64,000 bases of DNA from assembly GCA_036172245.1 (NCBI GenBank), contig JAYWIR010000012.1:682001-746000 (forward strand), given 5' to 3'. A program made the position numbers and the translations under genes. How positions within the stretch are numbered: position 1 is the stretch's first letter; each line of letters begins with the position of its first letter. This stretch comes from Raillietiella orientalis. Taxonomy: Eukaryota. This document shows positions 1 to 16,300 of this stretch, piece by piece. The notes under the pieces are model-generated. The model searched no databases. It was not told the DNA's origin and saw nothing but the letters and a program-made list of their open reading frames with translations.

Positions 1-3000
1 CCCAGGGTGTTGAAAATTTCGGGAACCAACGGGCGGCTAAGTTTCGAACGAATCTTTCGCGGAGTCTGCTGAAAAAAGCTGTACGGATGCGCACATATTA
101 TATACGCATATTGCAAATGCAAGAAGAGCAGTATAGGTTGGATGAAGGCTCGAAAGCACAAGATGGTTGCCAAACACTGAAGACCTTTCTCAGCCACTCG
201 CTTGCTCGAATCCCATCATACATCAGCATATGAGGGATATTTCAGAATTTAACAGGAGTCGGAGAAAACACAGAAAAAAGAAACAGAGGTGGAACAGGGC
301 GACGTGGGCGAAATAGTGCGAAATTGATCTTTTCCTTAAAAGATGAACTTGTGTCTCTTTGCCTTAAAAAGAGATAACCCTCCTTTCTTCGCTGTTTACA
401 CAACGAAGGATGAACTTTGGTAGTTCGATTTCTCTGGTATATTAAAATGAAGACTTCAGCAAAGCTCGTAAATTTCTCTGGTAGGGATAAATCATAGGAA
501 AAACCAACGGCTCGCATGCTGAAATGTTGAAACGCTGATGCACCAACAGAACAACGCATCACACACAAAAGAAAGATTGGAGTTTGAGCCACAATCCGCA
601 TACACATTTATATCAAACATGGTGCATGCAAATGATGCTTTAATTTCAGAGGAACTGTAATAACAAAGGAAACTAAATCGAGGGGAAAGGGTCAAGTGAT
701 CCTCTGAAACGAGCACCTTTGAGAACGAAAACCAGAAAAAAAAATGATGATGATGATGACGACGACAAAATCAAGTTAAGCACACAGAAAAGCGTTCGTT
801 ATCCGCACCCAGCTCTGATCGCCCGAATTCAAACGTCGTCGGAATAAAGAAAGACAAATTCTTGCATCCAAGTGACTTTTCATAGCTCAAACTAGAATGC
901 GAAGCGATCCCCGTAACCGCAACCCTTTCTGAGAAACGAAACGCCACGACGAACACTCCGAAGTGTTCGACTTGATCGTTTGGAAGACGGGATGCCAGTT
1001 CCAGAAGAATCACTTTCCCACCCGGCTCTTAGAGGTTTTCGGTTTCCTCCATGTTATATTGCCAGGCACCGCAACTGCAGCGCTGAGCAGCTGTAGAGAA
1101 ACCTGACCACAACAAGCAGGGGCTGAGCACTGATTTCCCTTAAACCTTCCGCTCGTTTCGGTTGCTTCATCGGTGCGATCCTGTGAGCAAATTAGAATCC
1201 CTCAAGGGATCGGGACGCCAAGACTCCAATCTCGTCCTTCGCGTTTCGAGAAGCTCTCTCGAACATCCAAACGTACATGCATCCGTCAGCTTCCACGCGA
1301 AGATGCAGACAAGCTCCAAAACCAATCACATAACCCCAATGCGCATTGCCTCCACATGTCTTTGGCGTTTTGCTTGCAGTCCGCTGCAAGTTCCATGCAA
1401 AGTCAAGCCTTTCTCTCTCACACTTATAGACAGAATTTGCATTGAAAAAGATAATCCCCAGTTAATCACTGACCAAACCAATCGAATGCTCTTGACCAAA
1501 ACTCCATTCACATAACACCAAGTACGATTTCATTTACCAAGGATGAAATAATTCCTTGCTCGCTGTATGTGACAAAACAAATGAACACATGACTTGTCGG
1601 ATGAATAGCTAGCTATCAAGCTACCATCCTTCAACAAATCTAAAGAAAATCGTCGGTCCATTAGGATTAGCGATGGAAATTTGGATAGAAAAATTTTCAG
1701 CATCTTTTTTCATTAACTGCCTCTCCTAAGTTCTTGCACACCATTGAATTCCAAAAATTCTTGAAAACCGCATACGTTTCAGCTCTGCATGCTCAGGTGA
1801 AGCAAATGTATTTTTTTTTTTTTTAAGTCAATTTTCGAATCAAATTCTCGATTCTCGAAATCAACTTCTTTCTCCCTTTACCTTTTAATTAAAGAGAAAT
1901 GCGAACGACCGTTATCTCCAATTATTATTAAAGTGGCTGGTCACTTTCGTAAATCCACATCATAACCGCATGCACTCTGCAAAATGATTTACACGAAAAT
2001 TAATAGAGCGCAGCATAATTTATAGAAAAATATACACACGATAATGAAAAACAAAACCCCAAATTTTTTTTTTGATAAAATTGTGTACAGCGCAGCATGC
2101 TGAATGAATGTGTGGCACAACACAATGGCATCAAACCGTTGTACGTATGACCATTTTGAAGACGTGAATTCAATCTGCAATTTCACTGCAGCGTCCATCG
2201 AAAGGCTGCAGATGCAGCTGATGCTTTTCTTTCGATTTTGCTTGAAATAAAAAACCAACAACAGTTTGAAGGCATTTTGCTATCAGCGACGCCAAGTTAA
2301 AATTCGAAAAAAGATTCGTCTTCTGCTGTAAGCTTTGAATTAACGTCTCGACACAACTCAACGAAGCACAGAAAACACCAAACACCTCAACCAAACACCC
2401 ACTCCCGTACAGAATCGAATAGATTCTTATTTAGTGGCCAGCATCTGTGTTGAGATTCCTTGGGGCTTCTCCCGAAAGAAGTTCCTTTAGAGCTTTTCCC
2501 GATGGCACAATACCATACTTTATTTCATACCCGCGAGTAGGCTTTAGTCACGTGCATCTCAAAGTTTAGTTTGAAAAGAATTTAGTTCTAGAAGCATCTT
2601 CCATCTCTGCACTTCGCACTTCAAGGAATCAGTGAGTTTGTCAATTAGTTGAAGCAGCCCATTGGGTTTTTACATCCAACTGTCAAGAGTGATCCGTTCT
2701 TCGAAAATGTCCCATAGACCGACTTATTTCTTGAACTCAAACATTTGGGAAATCTTTATCATCCAGATCTTAAACTGTAACAAAGTCTTGTCTTGCAATA
2801 AGCAGCTGAATCTGCAATAAAGTCGCAGTGGGGAAATCGCAGTTCTTTCCTCACCACATCATCTGCCAATTACTTAAGTCTTCACAAGCAGAGAGTTCAT
2901 GACATCCATCTAGTATACAACACAGAATCTATGCAACCGTGCTGTTCTGCAAAATTCTAGGTAGACTTTGATTACAGGATCGACAGCATTCGTGCATCAC

Positions 3001-6000
3001 ATGCTGCGTTCCAAATTGTTTAAACATACAGTCGCAGTGGTTTCATGATTTCACGAATCATTGCTTAAAGCCGTCCATGGAAATACCTCGTATAGCAGAG
3101 GGTTCGTTCGCAACGTAAAAGGTCAACCATGATATCTTCCGGGTATAAGGGAATCATTATTTCCAAAATTAGCTTGTACAAAGGTTTGTTTACTTGTCAG
3201 CAAATCTCAGTTTAGAAGATCAAACGGGTGTCTCAAATTTCACACTTCAGTAGTCGGATCTTCCTAAAGGAATCGTGCATTTTTTGCCAGCTCCCGAACG
3301 GTTTGCAGTTGGATTTTCAGAAATGATGATCGGGAAACTCCAGAATTGAATACGCATCCATGGTGGAATATTCCGTAATGCTCGAGCGTGGTAACCGCCG
3401 TTGAAACCAAACCATCAATGTCCAAGAAATCAATTTAACAGAAATGTGCGTTTTTGTTCAAGACCTGACCATCCTGATGCAAACTTTAGTGAGGAGGAAT
3501 GATACTTTTGCGGTACAAAAGGTATGCTACAGATGGCTAACTGCAGAGGTGCAAACGATCATTTCTATCAGCGAAATATCCTTGAAATTAGTCTGGAAGT
3601 CCCCTATCACTTGACTCTAAATGCAGTTTGATTTAATGTCCTAATTTGAAGGATATCAAATAAAATTTAGGTATCAGGATTCACTCTTCAGCGGAAAGCA
3701 TACTGCAAGAAATGACAGAGAGATGAAGAAACGAGAAGTCTTCTATGTCAACAACATTCGTGATGAAACACAAGTATATTAATCTAACAGAATCTGAAAC
3801 AATAAAACCCTGTACAAAATATATCTATCTATCTCCTTCCTTTATTGTTCGTTGTGCTGCCTATTTTATATCTACCTCACATTCGTTGCAGTGATCTCTT
3901 CCATAGCTACCAATACGTAAATCACCACCAACTGTAAATGAAGAAAAAACGTCAATAATCACACCTAGGCACCCAAAATCTAGAAATTTTCACAGTTTTC
4001 CCAATTTTCTAAGCATCACAAACTGGTTCCAATCACCAATAACTATGGATGCACATAGGTATCTTTTTTTCTTTTTTCTTCAACACTTTAATCCAGAAAA
4101 GTGAACTAAGTGCGATAACGCAACTGCAGATTGATTCCGGTGATCTGAATCGTCAATTCGGGAAAAACACTGAGCAGATGTTAGAAGTTACAAACTAAAA
4201 GTTACAGTGTGCTCGCTACAGCGTCCTTGCGACTTCTAGGCCAATATCCACACGTCGAGAAGGTAGGATGCGATGAAATACGGATGCCTCTCGTTTTCGC
4301 AAAATATTCAGTAAAGAATGTAAACCGAACAGGGAAAAATAATAATGTAATCACGTCAGGAAAATACCATCGGCCATAAAACCATGACATATGCCTGATG
4401 CCATGCAGCATCCGGGAGGAAGGCTTCAAGAGAGAGTACCTGAAGAATGACAAAATGAATGTGGAAACACTGCTGTTGGAAAGATGCGACGACAGCACAC
4501 TGAAAACCGCTACTGAAGAAAATGCCACACACTAGCCATCCTATGCTTGAAGATTTCCAGAGCAAAATACAACTGCTAATTCCAAATTGCCAGTCCACAA
4601 CAACATTCACTTGGTCCAATTTGTATCGTAAGAGAACGAGTTTCAGAAGCAATCCGGATTGCAATCAGGAAGGAAAAGTAGCACAACTCCCGCTTGGCAA
4701 ACACATAACAAAGAAGACATTAGCAGCTACAGAAACGTAAATGCAATAGAATTTGCTGAAGTGATGGGAAGAAACGATTTCAGTTCCGGGAATCGTTGAA
4801 TAATCAAAAAGAAATTCGGAAAAGCATCGGATCATAAAACAACGCAAAAGATCATGCGCGTCAATGTAGGAAACAAATGAAGAGGGCACACAAAAGGGAA
4901 TCACAAGACAGACCGGAGGATCCTTCATGTAATAAGTAATTGTAAAAAAAAAAAAAAAAACCCCAAAATCAACACAGCGTTAATGACAATGATTTTTCCT
5001 CTGGAAACAACGGAATCCGGACTACGTAAGTTTTGTTCTGCTCTTTAATTTTCACGGGACTACGGGTGGGCTCTTAAGCCGATGGGCACTGCCATCAGTG
5101 AGCTTCTGGCCGCTGCAAGCAGACAGTGCATCCCTCTTCTGAAACAAGGTCACTCGCGCTGTACTCCCTTATGAGCCTGCTTCTCATATAACACATGATC
5201 CATCATATACATTACATGGAATATAATTTTTCATAACAGCTAAAGAATCAGAAACGGGGCATCTTTTCAAACTCTGGTAGGAGTCTCTGAGCTTGAAAAA
5301 GTAATGAACGGAATGCAAGGAGGGAAGGCCTGACTCGAACATATAGTCTCCTGGATTCAATGTGCTTTCCATGCCACAATTCGATTAGACTGAATGATCT
5401 AATTGCTCCTCCGAATCACCATTAAGTTACCTTTGAGGCACGAGATGGTTTCTCCTTAGGTCTACAAGGATGCAATTTAGAGCACGTCAGTTTACACAGG
5501 CAAAAAACGGGGCTTCCCACGAGATCCCAGATTAGCACACTTAGAAAGTCATTTTGTTTCAGAGTGCTCAGTACGTGAAATCTCATGTCGCGATACATCG
5601 CAAGTCTCGAGACGCATCTCGACATGTGAAGAAATAACAACACACAAAAGAAATAACGCTCAGCAACGAGAAGCAACAGAGATGACGATCGCACGAAGTG
5701 AGAACACTGAAATGATTATGCAATTATTCGGAACAGCTTTCAATAGATTCCTTAGAATTTCGGGCACGCCTGGGAAAACGACAAAGGTAACTTCAGTGAT
5801 CCTTCAGTGCTTCAAAAAGCTGACGCACGTACGAAAAATCTGAGAAAACGTTCTAGATTCAGGAATATAAGAATCAATGTGATTTCAGCCACAAAAACAA
5901 CAACAACACGTATTCCTTGGACCATCGAGATGCAAGTCGAAAGGTTGCGAGTTCAGAAGCATCGCTTCCCATGGAAACCGCAACCTGGTACGTCCGTAGT

Positions 6001-6607
6001 ACGGCAACACGGCGAACCCGAGTTCGCCTTTTCAAATTTAGAACGCTCCTAACATGGATAACGTCACGAACGGGAACTAGAGTTCCCGTTCTTCCACTGA
6101 AAGGAACGAGCACACCGGAACTTTGAGGATTCTATCAGGTATCTCATGATTTTCACCAGGTGGTTTTGGAGATCTCCAGAACAACCCACGGACAAGAGAC
6201 GGTGATTGTTCTCTAAACGGCTGAGGCGATTGGTTCCAAGCACATGCTTGTTTCTAAAATGCACGCTTTCGTCACAGATTACTGCCTCCACTGACGTAAC
6301 CGATCTTTTGCTGCCAAGCATTAAAGAAGAAAACAAGGACCAGGAAAGTATGAGCGAACTAGCATTTAATTCACTCAATGGGTGTTATTAAGATCACCGA
6401 ATGAGCCACTAGACGGATTTAATGAACCTGCTGCTTGAATGCTTTTCATGAAACAGTTCTACTTTGACTTTTTCAAAGTCCTTTGGATCAGAATCGAAGC
6501 TACTCGAGCAGCACGAAAGAAACCGTCACAACATATCGTGACAGCAAGTAGCGCATAACTCGAGATGCGATAACAAGAGGTACCCCGCCCATATGAAACA
6601 GGCCTAC

Positions 6608-6827
6608 CTTCACGATTTGCATGTGCTGCCTTTCTACAGCTAGGTGCAAGGCTGTCTGCTGATTGACATTCTGGATGTTCAAGTTGGCTCTTCCTTCGCG
6701 AATCAAATACTCGGCAACATCAAGGTGATTATTCAACGCTGCCAAATGCAATGCTGTATAGCCATCGTCCTTCTTTTCGTCCACAATCCACGGACGTAGC
6801 AGTTTGGAGAGGATGATCTTCACCGCA
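6608..6827 (-). CDS. mib1: mib1 ankyrin exon after the 15.8 kb intron
   Basis: ttccag acceptor; its phase completes [38 protein letters not shown]...HMQIVK; gtagg donor. Confidence 0.92.
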
Positions 6828-9800
6828 CTGGAACCGCAAATGGAAAATAACGACTGCGTTTTAAAAACTGAAGTCCAGAATCACAAAAAGGAAGCTGGAA
6901 CGAAAACGCGCTTTCAAACATCATTTAGGAATCCATCTTAGACAGCCCGAAACGAAAGCTTAATAGAAAAGAGCAATCCGTGTTTTAAAGGACAGCAAAG
7001 CAGTAAGGGCATCCCGAGAGAAGAGCAGCTTAGCAGTGCTCACATTGAGTGCTGCGGAAGGTTTGAACTAGTCACCAATCTAAGACATCACTGAACATTA
7101 GAAAGAATCGAACACTCAAGATGGAGATTAAAATCACAACTGTAATTCTTCTAGGACCGGTTCCGCTACGTGCCACCTTGCCGAAAAAAGAAAAAAATCG
7201 AGAATTATTAGTGTGTACTTTGTTTATTTAAGGCTACTTTTCATTAAAGTTCTTCAATGTGCCCTATTTTGCATAAACACCTTCCTCGTCTCACTTGCTA
7301 AATAAATAAATAGTAACCCGCAGCAGGGATTGCCAATTCTCGAGACTAGCGCCAGAAAGGACAACGCTCTGAAAGAAGGCTTGAACCGAGCTTTTGGTCC
7401 TCAGAGCAGAAACAAAAGCACAAAAAATTTCCGCATCTCTTTTAGCGTCCAATCTGTGAAGGAACGGAAGCCACGAAATCCCACAACGAACATCGAATTA
7501 CTAAAACTGAAATCGCTGCAACAGAATGAACACACACAAAGTGGAGCGAAACTGGACACGTGAAGCAGCAGGGTCCTGACGAGAGATACGACCCAAGAAG
7601 ATAAGAAGCCATTCTTCTTGAATGGGATGCAGGCTGCCTTTCAGGAAGGATGCAAAGCACAATGAATTTCAAATCTCTTCGGAAGCACTCCCAAGCAAAC
7701 GAATTGAATACCATCTCATGCGGAAGTGACATCCTCGGTTTTGCTGGCAGATTTAGGCACTGCACTTCTCACACGATGCATCTTCGTCAGAAGGTGCCAT
7801 TTATAAAGAGCTAAATCTGTCATGTTGCTTTTATTACGTGGGAGAGAGAGAACGATAAAAACAAAAAAACGTTAATTAATTGTGTGACAGGCTCCTCTTA
7901 AAACATTTCAGAGTTTCATTCACAATGTTCAGCTGTTGTTTCGTCGCGGTTTTCTGAGAGGGAATGAATCAACACCAATATTATTCAGCCTGCCATAGAT
8001 GCATACGCACTGCATCACTGCTTTCTAAAACTTGTAGAAAAAAAAAGGGGGGGGGGGGAAAGCGGGGAGGGGAAACACGAACACTTCTGAGTTGCAATAA
8101 ACGGCATGGAATTAGGTTGAAAGCAATGCAGTATTTGCCGAGACCGCTCAAATACATAAAGAAAAAAAAAAAATTATTCGTAACTCAATACTGTGGTTTG
8201 ATAAATTCATAAATCACTGGACAATTCCATTCAACGGATGCATAACACTTCACAAAGCACCGTTGCGACTACTCTGACATTTGCAAGTCGAGTAGTTGTA
8301 TCTTTTTTCTTTTTTAACAAGAGTACATTTGCACCGAGAAACCGTCTAAATAAATAAAACGATCTCATTTACGTTTTGATATGCAACACATCCCCAATCG
8401 AGTGGCAAAAGTTCAATACCACTGGCGATGATTCACAGTGGCTTCTTAATTAATTCTGCAAAAAACTGCCAGAAAAGTTTCCGTCTTTCACCCATTCCTC
8501 TACAGCCCCGTTCAACACACTCTTTTCCGTTAATTTCCTCGGAAATCCTTCCTAAGCAATCAGTCCCATTTACAGTTATTCTGTTTGCCATCAGCTTGTG
8601 TTTATCCATTCATGATTCTCCATTTTCTGCTTATTTTCACATATACTTTTACCGCTGTATATATATTTTCTTACTGCACTGGTGTTGAATAAATGAGTTC
8701 AAGTTGCAGGGATGATATATTTTTAACGCGGCGGCACCAAGGCTCCGAAAACAAAAGACTGCGAAGAGTTTGGATGCTGTGCTGTGGCAGAAAAATGTCT
8801 TAACTTCAAGAGCCTGCTATCGTTCTCCCATCTTGCGCTTTTTGGTTTCGTTAATGATCATTTGTATTATGGGGGGCAGACGCCATTTTTGCAAACGTGT
8901 TGGAGGCAAACGTATCGTTGATGCCTTTTTTTTTTTTTTTCTTCCTTTCTTGTAAGCATTCAAACAGCATTTGCTCTACACAGCTATTGGGCTCTGAGTG
9001 TGCAACCGATGGTGATTTTTTCGAGGGCACATCTCGCGAATTTTAACGTCCGTTTTCAACCAATATGGGACCAATTTTCGCCGGAGAAATTTCAAAAAAG
9101 GAAAAAAAAAAAAAAAAAAAAAGGTTAAAAAAATGCTGCAGAAAACATGCCCAGACAAAATCGCAACTCTGAGATTTAAACTCTGCCTTAAAGTTCAATG
9201 CACCATATTCGAACCTTTCGAGAAGAATTGTAAACTGATCTCCACGCAAACCTTTTGGTATTCGCTGCAAAGAATTTCTCAATTCAAGAAAAGGGAAGCA
9301 ATTAGTATACTTCGAAATAAGAAATTTTGACAAATAATCTGCAACTGTATCCACGCGGGATAAGTGCAGGATAAATAACGGCAAGACCGATTGGAAGTTT
9401 CGCATTCCGAGATGCCAGCTTCCAAAAAGCACCTCAAGCATCAGAGGCACTTTCAGAATGATGGTGGGAGCTTTCGCGATTGACTTTTTGATGATTGCAA
9501 GAGATAAACGCTAAACTTTTTCCAGCGATTCCTCCTTTCCCGTCATATGAAAGACAAGGGCTAATAATGACTCCCAATCACTAAAAACCAAAAAAAGAAA
9601 ACACACACACACACAGACACAAGCGGAAAAGTCCCCATCAGTCTGTGAAATTCGCAGTGGAACACATTCATTTCCACATATTTATACATAGGTAATAAAT
9701 TGCCGAGTGCTTCCCTGAAGTAACCGTCGAGCTCGAATGAGTCTATCAATGCCCGGAAAAATCGCAGCAGAATCGTGTTGCCCTTCCCATTTACAATATA

Positions 9801-10310
9801 AATATATGTACACTTTTGTGCGTGTTGTACATATATTATGTACAACACGCACAAAAGTGTTCTTTGTTTTCCAAGAAGTGCCGCGACATTTGGCAGTGGG
9901 GGGGGGGGGGGGAGAAAAAAAAAAAAAGGAAGAAGAAGGAGTCCGTTTCTGCGACGCCAAGTTAAAACTCCACACGGCACGATTGCATTCGAAAACAACG
10001 AAAACATTCACTTATCCCTTTTTTTTCCCTTCTTATACTCTTACGCGGGATTGGTATTAATTTATTCCCGAAAGAAAGCGGCAGTCGTATGGAATGGGAA
10101 AATACTGGAGGAGGAAATTTCCATCCTTCCGCTTTCATAACGAGGGGAATTTTCACGCACCAAATGTGTGTATATTTCCTGTCTGGAATCCAGATGTACT
10201 ACCCTCATACTTTGTTAGGGCGTTGCAAATTTCGTTTTAGCCAACGCTTAAGATCGGGAACCACTGGCCAAACGTGGAAAATGACACACTGCAGGAACGC
10301 CAAGCACGCG

Positions 10311-10345
<35 letters not shown>

Positions 10346-13300
10346 ACATTAGACACTCTTTAGAAAAATAAATTTCGAAAACAAAAAAAAAAAAAAAAAA
10401 AGGAAAAAGCGGAGCAATACTACATAAAGCAAAGGAACACTTTGATTCACATTTGTATCAAATTCTATGCAGCCTTTCCATTCCCGAAGAATGTGTCAGA
10501 TTACATGGATGCAAAAGGCAGTTTGCAACCAATTCTTATTATGGAAGGATGAACGAACAACGGTGTGGATCCGAAGATCCATTTCAAAGATGGGAGAGGG
10601 AGAATCCTTCGCACGCTCCACGGGAAACTGAAAGCATGTACTATTTTTGAGAACTTGGGGAGGCTTATTTTTAGATAGCAGCATCTTATTACTCTCAGAC
10701 TTGCTGTTGGAAAAGGACCAACAGAACTGAGTCAGGTGTATGGATTTCCTTCAATCTGCACACGTACTCACCTCTTCCATCCCAGATGTCCTTTTATGGC
10801 TCAAGGGGCTGGGCCAATAACGTGAAGCCTGCGAAACTTTCCGTGATTTAGTCACTGTTTGCAAGGCATGTGACAAAGGCTGATCCAGTTTCGGGTACTT
10901 ATGCCAAAATATTTGTGAATTTTAAATGTAGGTAGCCGAAGTTTCCTCGATTCTGATTTCGGCGACAGAGAACTTATTATCATTACGTCACTGGATAAAG
11001 TCTCGTCAAAGGAGAGAACGGAAAGCAGAAAGCGAGAAGAGTCCCCGAACATACAGGAACGTAGAGAAGAAGCAAGGAAGGAAACATTTGAATTTCTGAC
11101 AAGCATAACGCGGGCAAGAAGTTTGTAAGTTCTCCTCCAGTCCGTAGTCTCGTTGAGGAACGATCACATTTCATGAAAATCCTTTCCAGTGATCCAGAAG
11201 ATAGCTTTACTCAACCTTGAGATGAAATCTGCTGTGAATCATGTCCCAGATACTGCTTTCTAAGCATGGAGATGATCCAGTGAGTGAATAATAATGGAAA
11301 TCACAAGTTTTTTGAGCTGTGAAAATTGACGTGAAACGTGAAACATTGCCAAAATCGAATAGAAATTTTGCGATCGGATCGAAAAGGAAAACAAAACAAA
11401 ACAAAACAAAAAACAACAACAAAAAAAAAAACGGATGTTTGAAGTTTTTTTTACATTTGTGCCCCAAACTCATATTCAGAATAACCAAGAAAGTTACGAA
11501 TTAGGGAATCATCAAACCAGGTACATTAAAGTGACTTTAAAAAAAAAAAAAAAAAAAAAAAAAACCCAAAAAACCAAAAAAATGTTTTCGTAAGTTTTCA
11601 GATAAAAATTCTTGTTTGCGAAGGAATGATTTTTGCATAAAGTCTTCAAAGAAGTTTGGTGCAGACTCCATGCCTCTTTACGTTTCATGATGTTATACTT
11701 ATGGAATGTAAAGAAGTATGGAGTTTTCGTCAAAATAAGCGACGGCCTTTGATGTTAATCTGTGATCAAAGTCACAACGGCATGACGAAAATGATGTTTT
11801 ATGCAAACGGATCAGGCGAAGATCTCAATATGAAACGAAAGTGGTCAAATTACGAATTCGTGAAGTGTTTCCTCACAGAGCTGAAAAGTAAAGTGTGAAT
11901 AACTGATAAAAGATAAGTTTTATTTGATGTGAACTCGTGGGAATCGGATGCCTGAAGCGACATGCAAATCATTACCATGACACGGGAATAGTCATCACAT
12001 GAAAACAAAGACCGCATGCTTAGCCGAAAGATGAATGTTTTCCAGCTTTCAAGACAAAATACAAGATATGTATTTTTTTTTTTTCTTTCCCCCCCTTGAA
12101 ATAAAGATCTGAACGGTGCAATGAGTATGATTTTCGATGCATGATGGATTCGCAGAATAAGCAACTAACAAAAAAGTCACATTCTGAACCCAAGCTTGCG
12201 ATATAGAAGTGCGAAACCAGAAAAAAAAAAAAAAAAGAGGATAAAATCAAAAAATATGCAAATAGTGCACATGATTAAACACTGAATATTCGCTAGTGAA
12301 TCGTGAAAATCAAATTTCCAATGCAACACCCATATTCGAATGAATCCAACATCTTACAAAAAGACCAGAAGCATGACCGGGGTCAAAATCCGCCCTCACG
12401 TCCTTATCGATCTCAAAATGAATGGCATAGAAAATTCGAAAAAATTCATGAATTAAAAAGCATAGTAAGAGCAACTCGACTTCGCCCATGTCCTAGCAAC
12501 TCCTCTGATAATTTCGATGTTGCACCGCCCAAAACGCGGAATATTCCGTATTCTATGCAACTGAGGTAACTGTAATTTTATTCAATACAGTAAGTTCCAC
12601 AATTTTCTGCTTTCAAAGGACAAAAGTCTTAAAATTCAAACCCAAACTGAACATTGTAAAAAAAATCTGCGATACGCTTGAAGTGGAAATGAAAAAATGG
12701 TAGCTTAAATGTTGTACGACCAATAAGCGTTTAAGAATTCCAATTTATCAATACGTGCAAAAAATGCTATCCACGAAATCCACCTCGAAGGCTACAACTT
12801 TACAAATATGTAGAACATTCAGAGTGACACCATCATCCACAGAAACTCTGATTTAAACGAATCCATAAGTAAATCCATAAAGCCAAGATGAATCAAAGCT
12901 TACACAAATTACGTGCGATTAGCGCCAACTGTGTGTTCTTCTTTTCCTTCTCTCCTTCTATTTCATAATGGAGCTAGAGGGCGCATTTCAGCACAAAATA
13001 AATTGAGAAGAATATGTGAATTCGCAACAACCTTCCACAATTTCATGCTGTCGCCCATGCAAGCGATCAGAATATTTAACATGTGAAAAGTACGTGTCAC
13101 GTACGTAGTGAAAATAATGCCTGCATCTAAATTGAATAAAGCAACAATTTTTTCTTCCTTCCATGCAGACCGTGCAAATTTTCCATAGAAATGAGAGAGC
13201 TGGCTTCTTTGCACGTACCGACCAATATGCACGCAAACGAAACACAACACAGAATCCGGAGAAAGACACTGTCCAGACACCCTTACTTCCGGAAATCTTT

Positions 13301-16300
13301 CCTTGAAATTTCATAAAGTGCAATTTTTCAATTAGCAGTTGGATCCGTTTTTGATGAACTCCTTACGGCGCATCAGGTGCTGTACTGAAAGGAAAGGAAA
13401 GGAAAGATGTCGCGGAAAAAGTGAACGCGTTCGATTCCTTGTTTCCATAACGATTTCGTCCCAACGAGCCCTCCGGCTGCAAAAATGCAAGTGACTACGT
13501 GTGTGCATGGTACTGGTGCAGTGTACACGCGAAATCACTGTTGCAGGCCATGAGGAGTGCACGCAGATGCACAAAGATCGAAAAGAATTGCATTTAGATC
13601 ATCACGACATTTCCCAGATAACTCATCTTGGGCTACACAGGGTGGACCAATCCTACTTCTAGCATGCTCTCAAAAATGCTTATCCTGCACTTCCGGATGC
13701 CTGTGCAAACTCGGGCCTCTATTCGGGAATCCCATACATCAATCTGGAATGGTTACATATACGTATTCAAGAGCTTCAGGCGGCATCTGCTTGTGCTTTG
13801 CTTTGCATGAAGATATCGAAACACGTTAAGCAGGCAGACCTCCTCAAACAGAACACACATTTTGTGAAAATCACTTCGATCTGCTTTAACGCTGCAAACG
13901 ATGATGATGAGGATGATAATAATAAAACAGCATGCAATACAAGTCGTGTGTGTGCATGTAAGCCAAAGGTGATCTCAAGGTAAGCACCCCAAGACTATTT
14001 TTGAATTAAAATAAGTCGGGAGATTATACGTGAAGTACTGGCAAGAGTATATTTTGGATTCCACGTCAAATACTTTCTATGCTATTGTGACATTAGTTTT
14101 CTTTGATTAGTATCCGGAATTCTTTCTTTTCACTGATGCTGGTAGAGGAGGCTCATTCACAACGGGCACAAGTACCATTTTAAAGTAACCCGCAAAAATC
14201 TTCATAACTTTAAGCAGACAACGCACCTACTTCTACTCCATTCGAACTCTGTCATTCAAAAGAATAGATGTGAAAGTGAATCGTGATAAGTTGAAAAAGG
14301 TTATTTATAACTCCCGGCGCTTGAAAAGTTAGTTAGCTGATTAAACTGGCAAACACTCGGAGAATGGACCTCGAAGGAAAAATGCAAATCGGTAAGGAAA
14401 TGCTGTAAATTGAGATTTTTGTTAGATTCTTGTGAAAAGAAAATCCCCTCCCTTCCCCCCCCCCCCCCCCAAACAAACAAATCACAACGATAGATGCATA
14501 TGTAACGGGTTTTGCTCTGAAGTGCTTAATGGTTCCAACGGTTAAGATTTTGCAACATTTGCAACCGAATTCCTGCAAAAGAGTTCTTGCAAATTCGACA
14601 GTGTCTTCACCGTTAACTAACTCCCAAGTGAGGTGTTTTGAAAGCTGAAGACGAAGCCGAAAATGTGCATAAACGGCGGTAATTGAGAAATTCCCACACG
14701 ATCTGGAAATATTCAATACTACACTACAGCTGGCTGACGAGGAGCAAATCATAGTACCGCGTTTGATTTGGTCCCCTTCAACCAGTTACAGGTAGTATGT
14801 TGATAAGCATGAGATCAGTATGAATGAAGAAATCAATCAAGGAGATCGCCTTCCCGGGATCAGCCAGTGGCATGAAGTGTTTGAAAATTGTCTCCACGCG
14901 GAGAGGCACCACAGCATCCCTGACATTTCGAGTTTCCTCAAAATCGGTGTGTTTTATGGGATCACATCAATATCTTCTTTGGATTAAATCGGTAAGAAAC
15001 TGGTCTTCAGCATACAAGTTAAAAAAGTGCCGATCTCAAACTTAAATTAATATGAAAGCTGTAAAGACTTGTTTAAGATAAATTGCACTTCGGAAATATT
15101 GAAAAGAGGCCAGATTCAAGCAACGATGCTTCATTCTGAAATGGATGCTGCCCGTTATTTTATTTAAACCTCTTTCTAACTGATACTGTAATTTCAAGTA
15201 TGGCGTTTCCATAGTGAACAACGATTCCACACATTTTTAACTCATCATTTCGTTGATAATTCTCTCGCTGCTGCACCATACTTTTATGATTTTTCTTAAT
15301 CACATTTGCTCTTTGTTTACATACGATGAGCACAATTAATTCACAATCACATAAGAGTACGTAAAAGCCAATATTCATAAGCCATACAGAGTTAATGCTC
15401 TCAAAAATGCTTATTTTGGTAAAATTCCAACTTTTATTGCCAGTCTTGTTTGTGTTCTGAAGAACGTGAAATTCACTACCGATCTACATTCTACAAAATT
15501 TCTTTGATGTCTGTTAGTATCATAGAAAGTAAAATAACTGAGTATTGCGTAAATTGCACAGCATAAATGATAAAGAAAATCAGCTTTCCATGCAATTTGT
15601 ATAGACGGTTAATAACATGCAAAGCACTGATACCACAGATTCCACATTCTAGCTTTCAAACCACTATGAATAGTGGCATTAGGAATAAATAATGAAGAAA
15701 AATTTCGAAATTTTTGAAATTGAGATCGACTATACATTTTCTTCTAAAAAAAAACAGGAGAAATCAAACACCAGAATACCTTAGGAGCATAATCATCAAA
15801 GGGTTTACAATGTGTGAAAGAAAGATTGTTATAGAGACACCAAGGGCTACAATAATCATAAATCTGTAATAAATTTACAGTTGAAGATGTACTAAATTCT
15901 CTACACCATACAAGCATAAAACTCAAAAGCAACCAGTGAGAAAACTTGTACAAAGAAAAGCAAAAAAAAATTGGAAAACTAATAAATCACCAACTTCTGT
16001 GGTACATGCACGTACATTAGATGCAGTGCATAAAAATAGATGTGCAAGCCACAGAAAAATGCACACATACATGTTCAAAAAAAAAATACTTCGTGATATT
16101 TCTAGATGCTCATTGAACAAGCTGGAAATCGCATTTTCATACATACCGTAGTTTGGAAAATGAAAGCATACAGAGTCTTGAAATCAAAATCAGAGAACGG
16201 CTCCACTCATTTCCGATAAGCAACAGCCCAAGGATTTTTTTCAATCTACATAAGTAAAATTTCGAGAATACAGAGAACAGAAAAAAAAAAAAAAAAAAAC

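Noticed and set aside
1..6600. Short ORFs as downstream mib1 exons or nested genes
   Set aside because: No DKDGDTPLHEALR-type ankyrin or RING motifs found in any frame; treated as intron.
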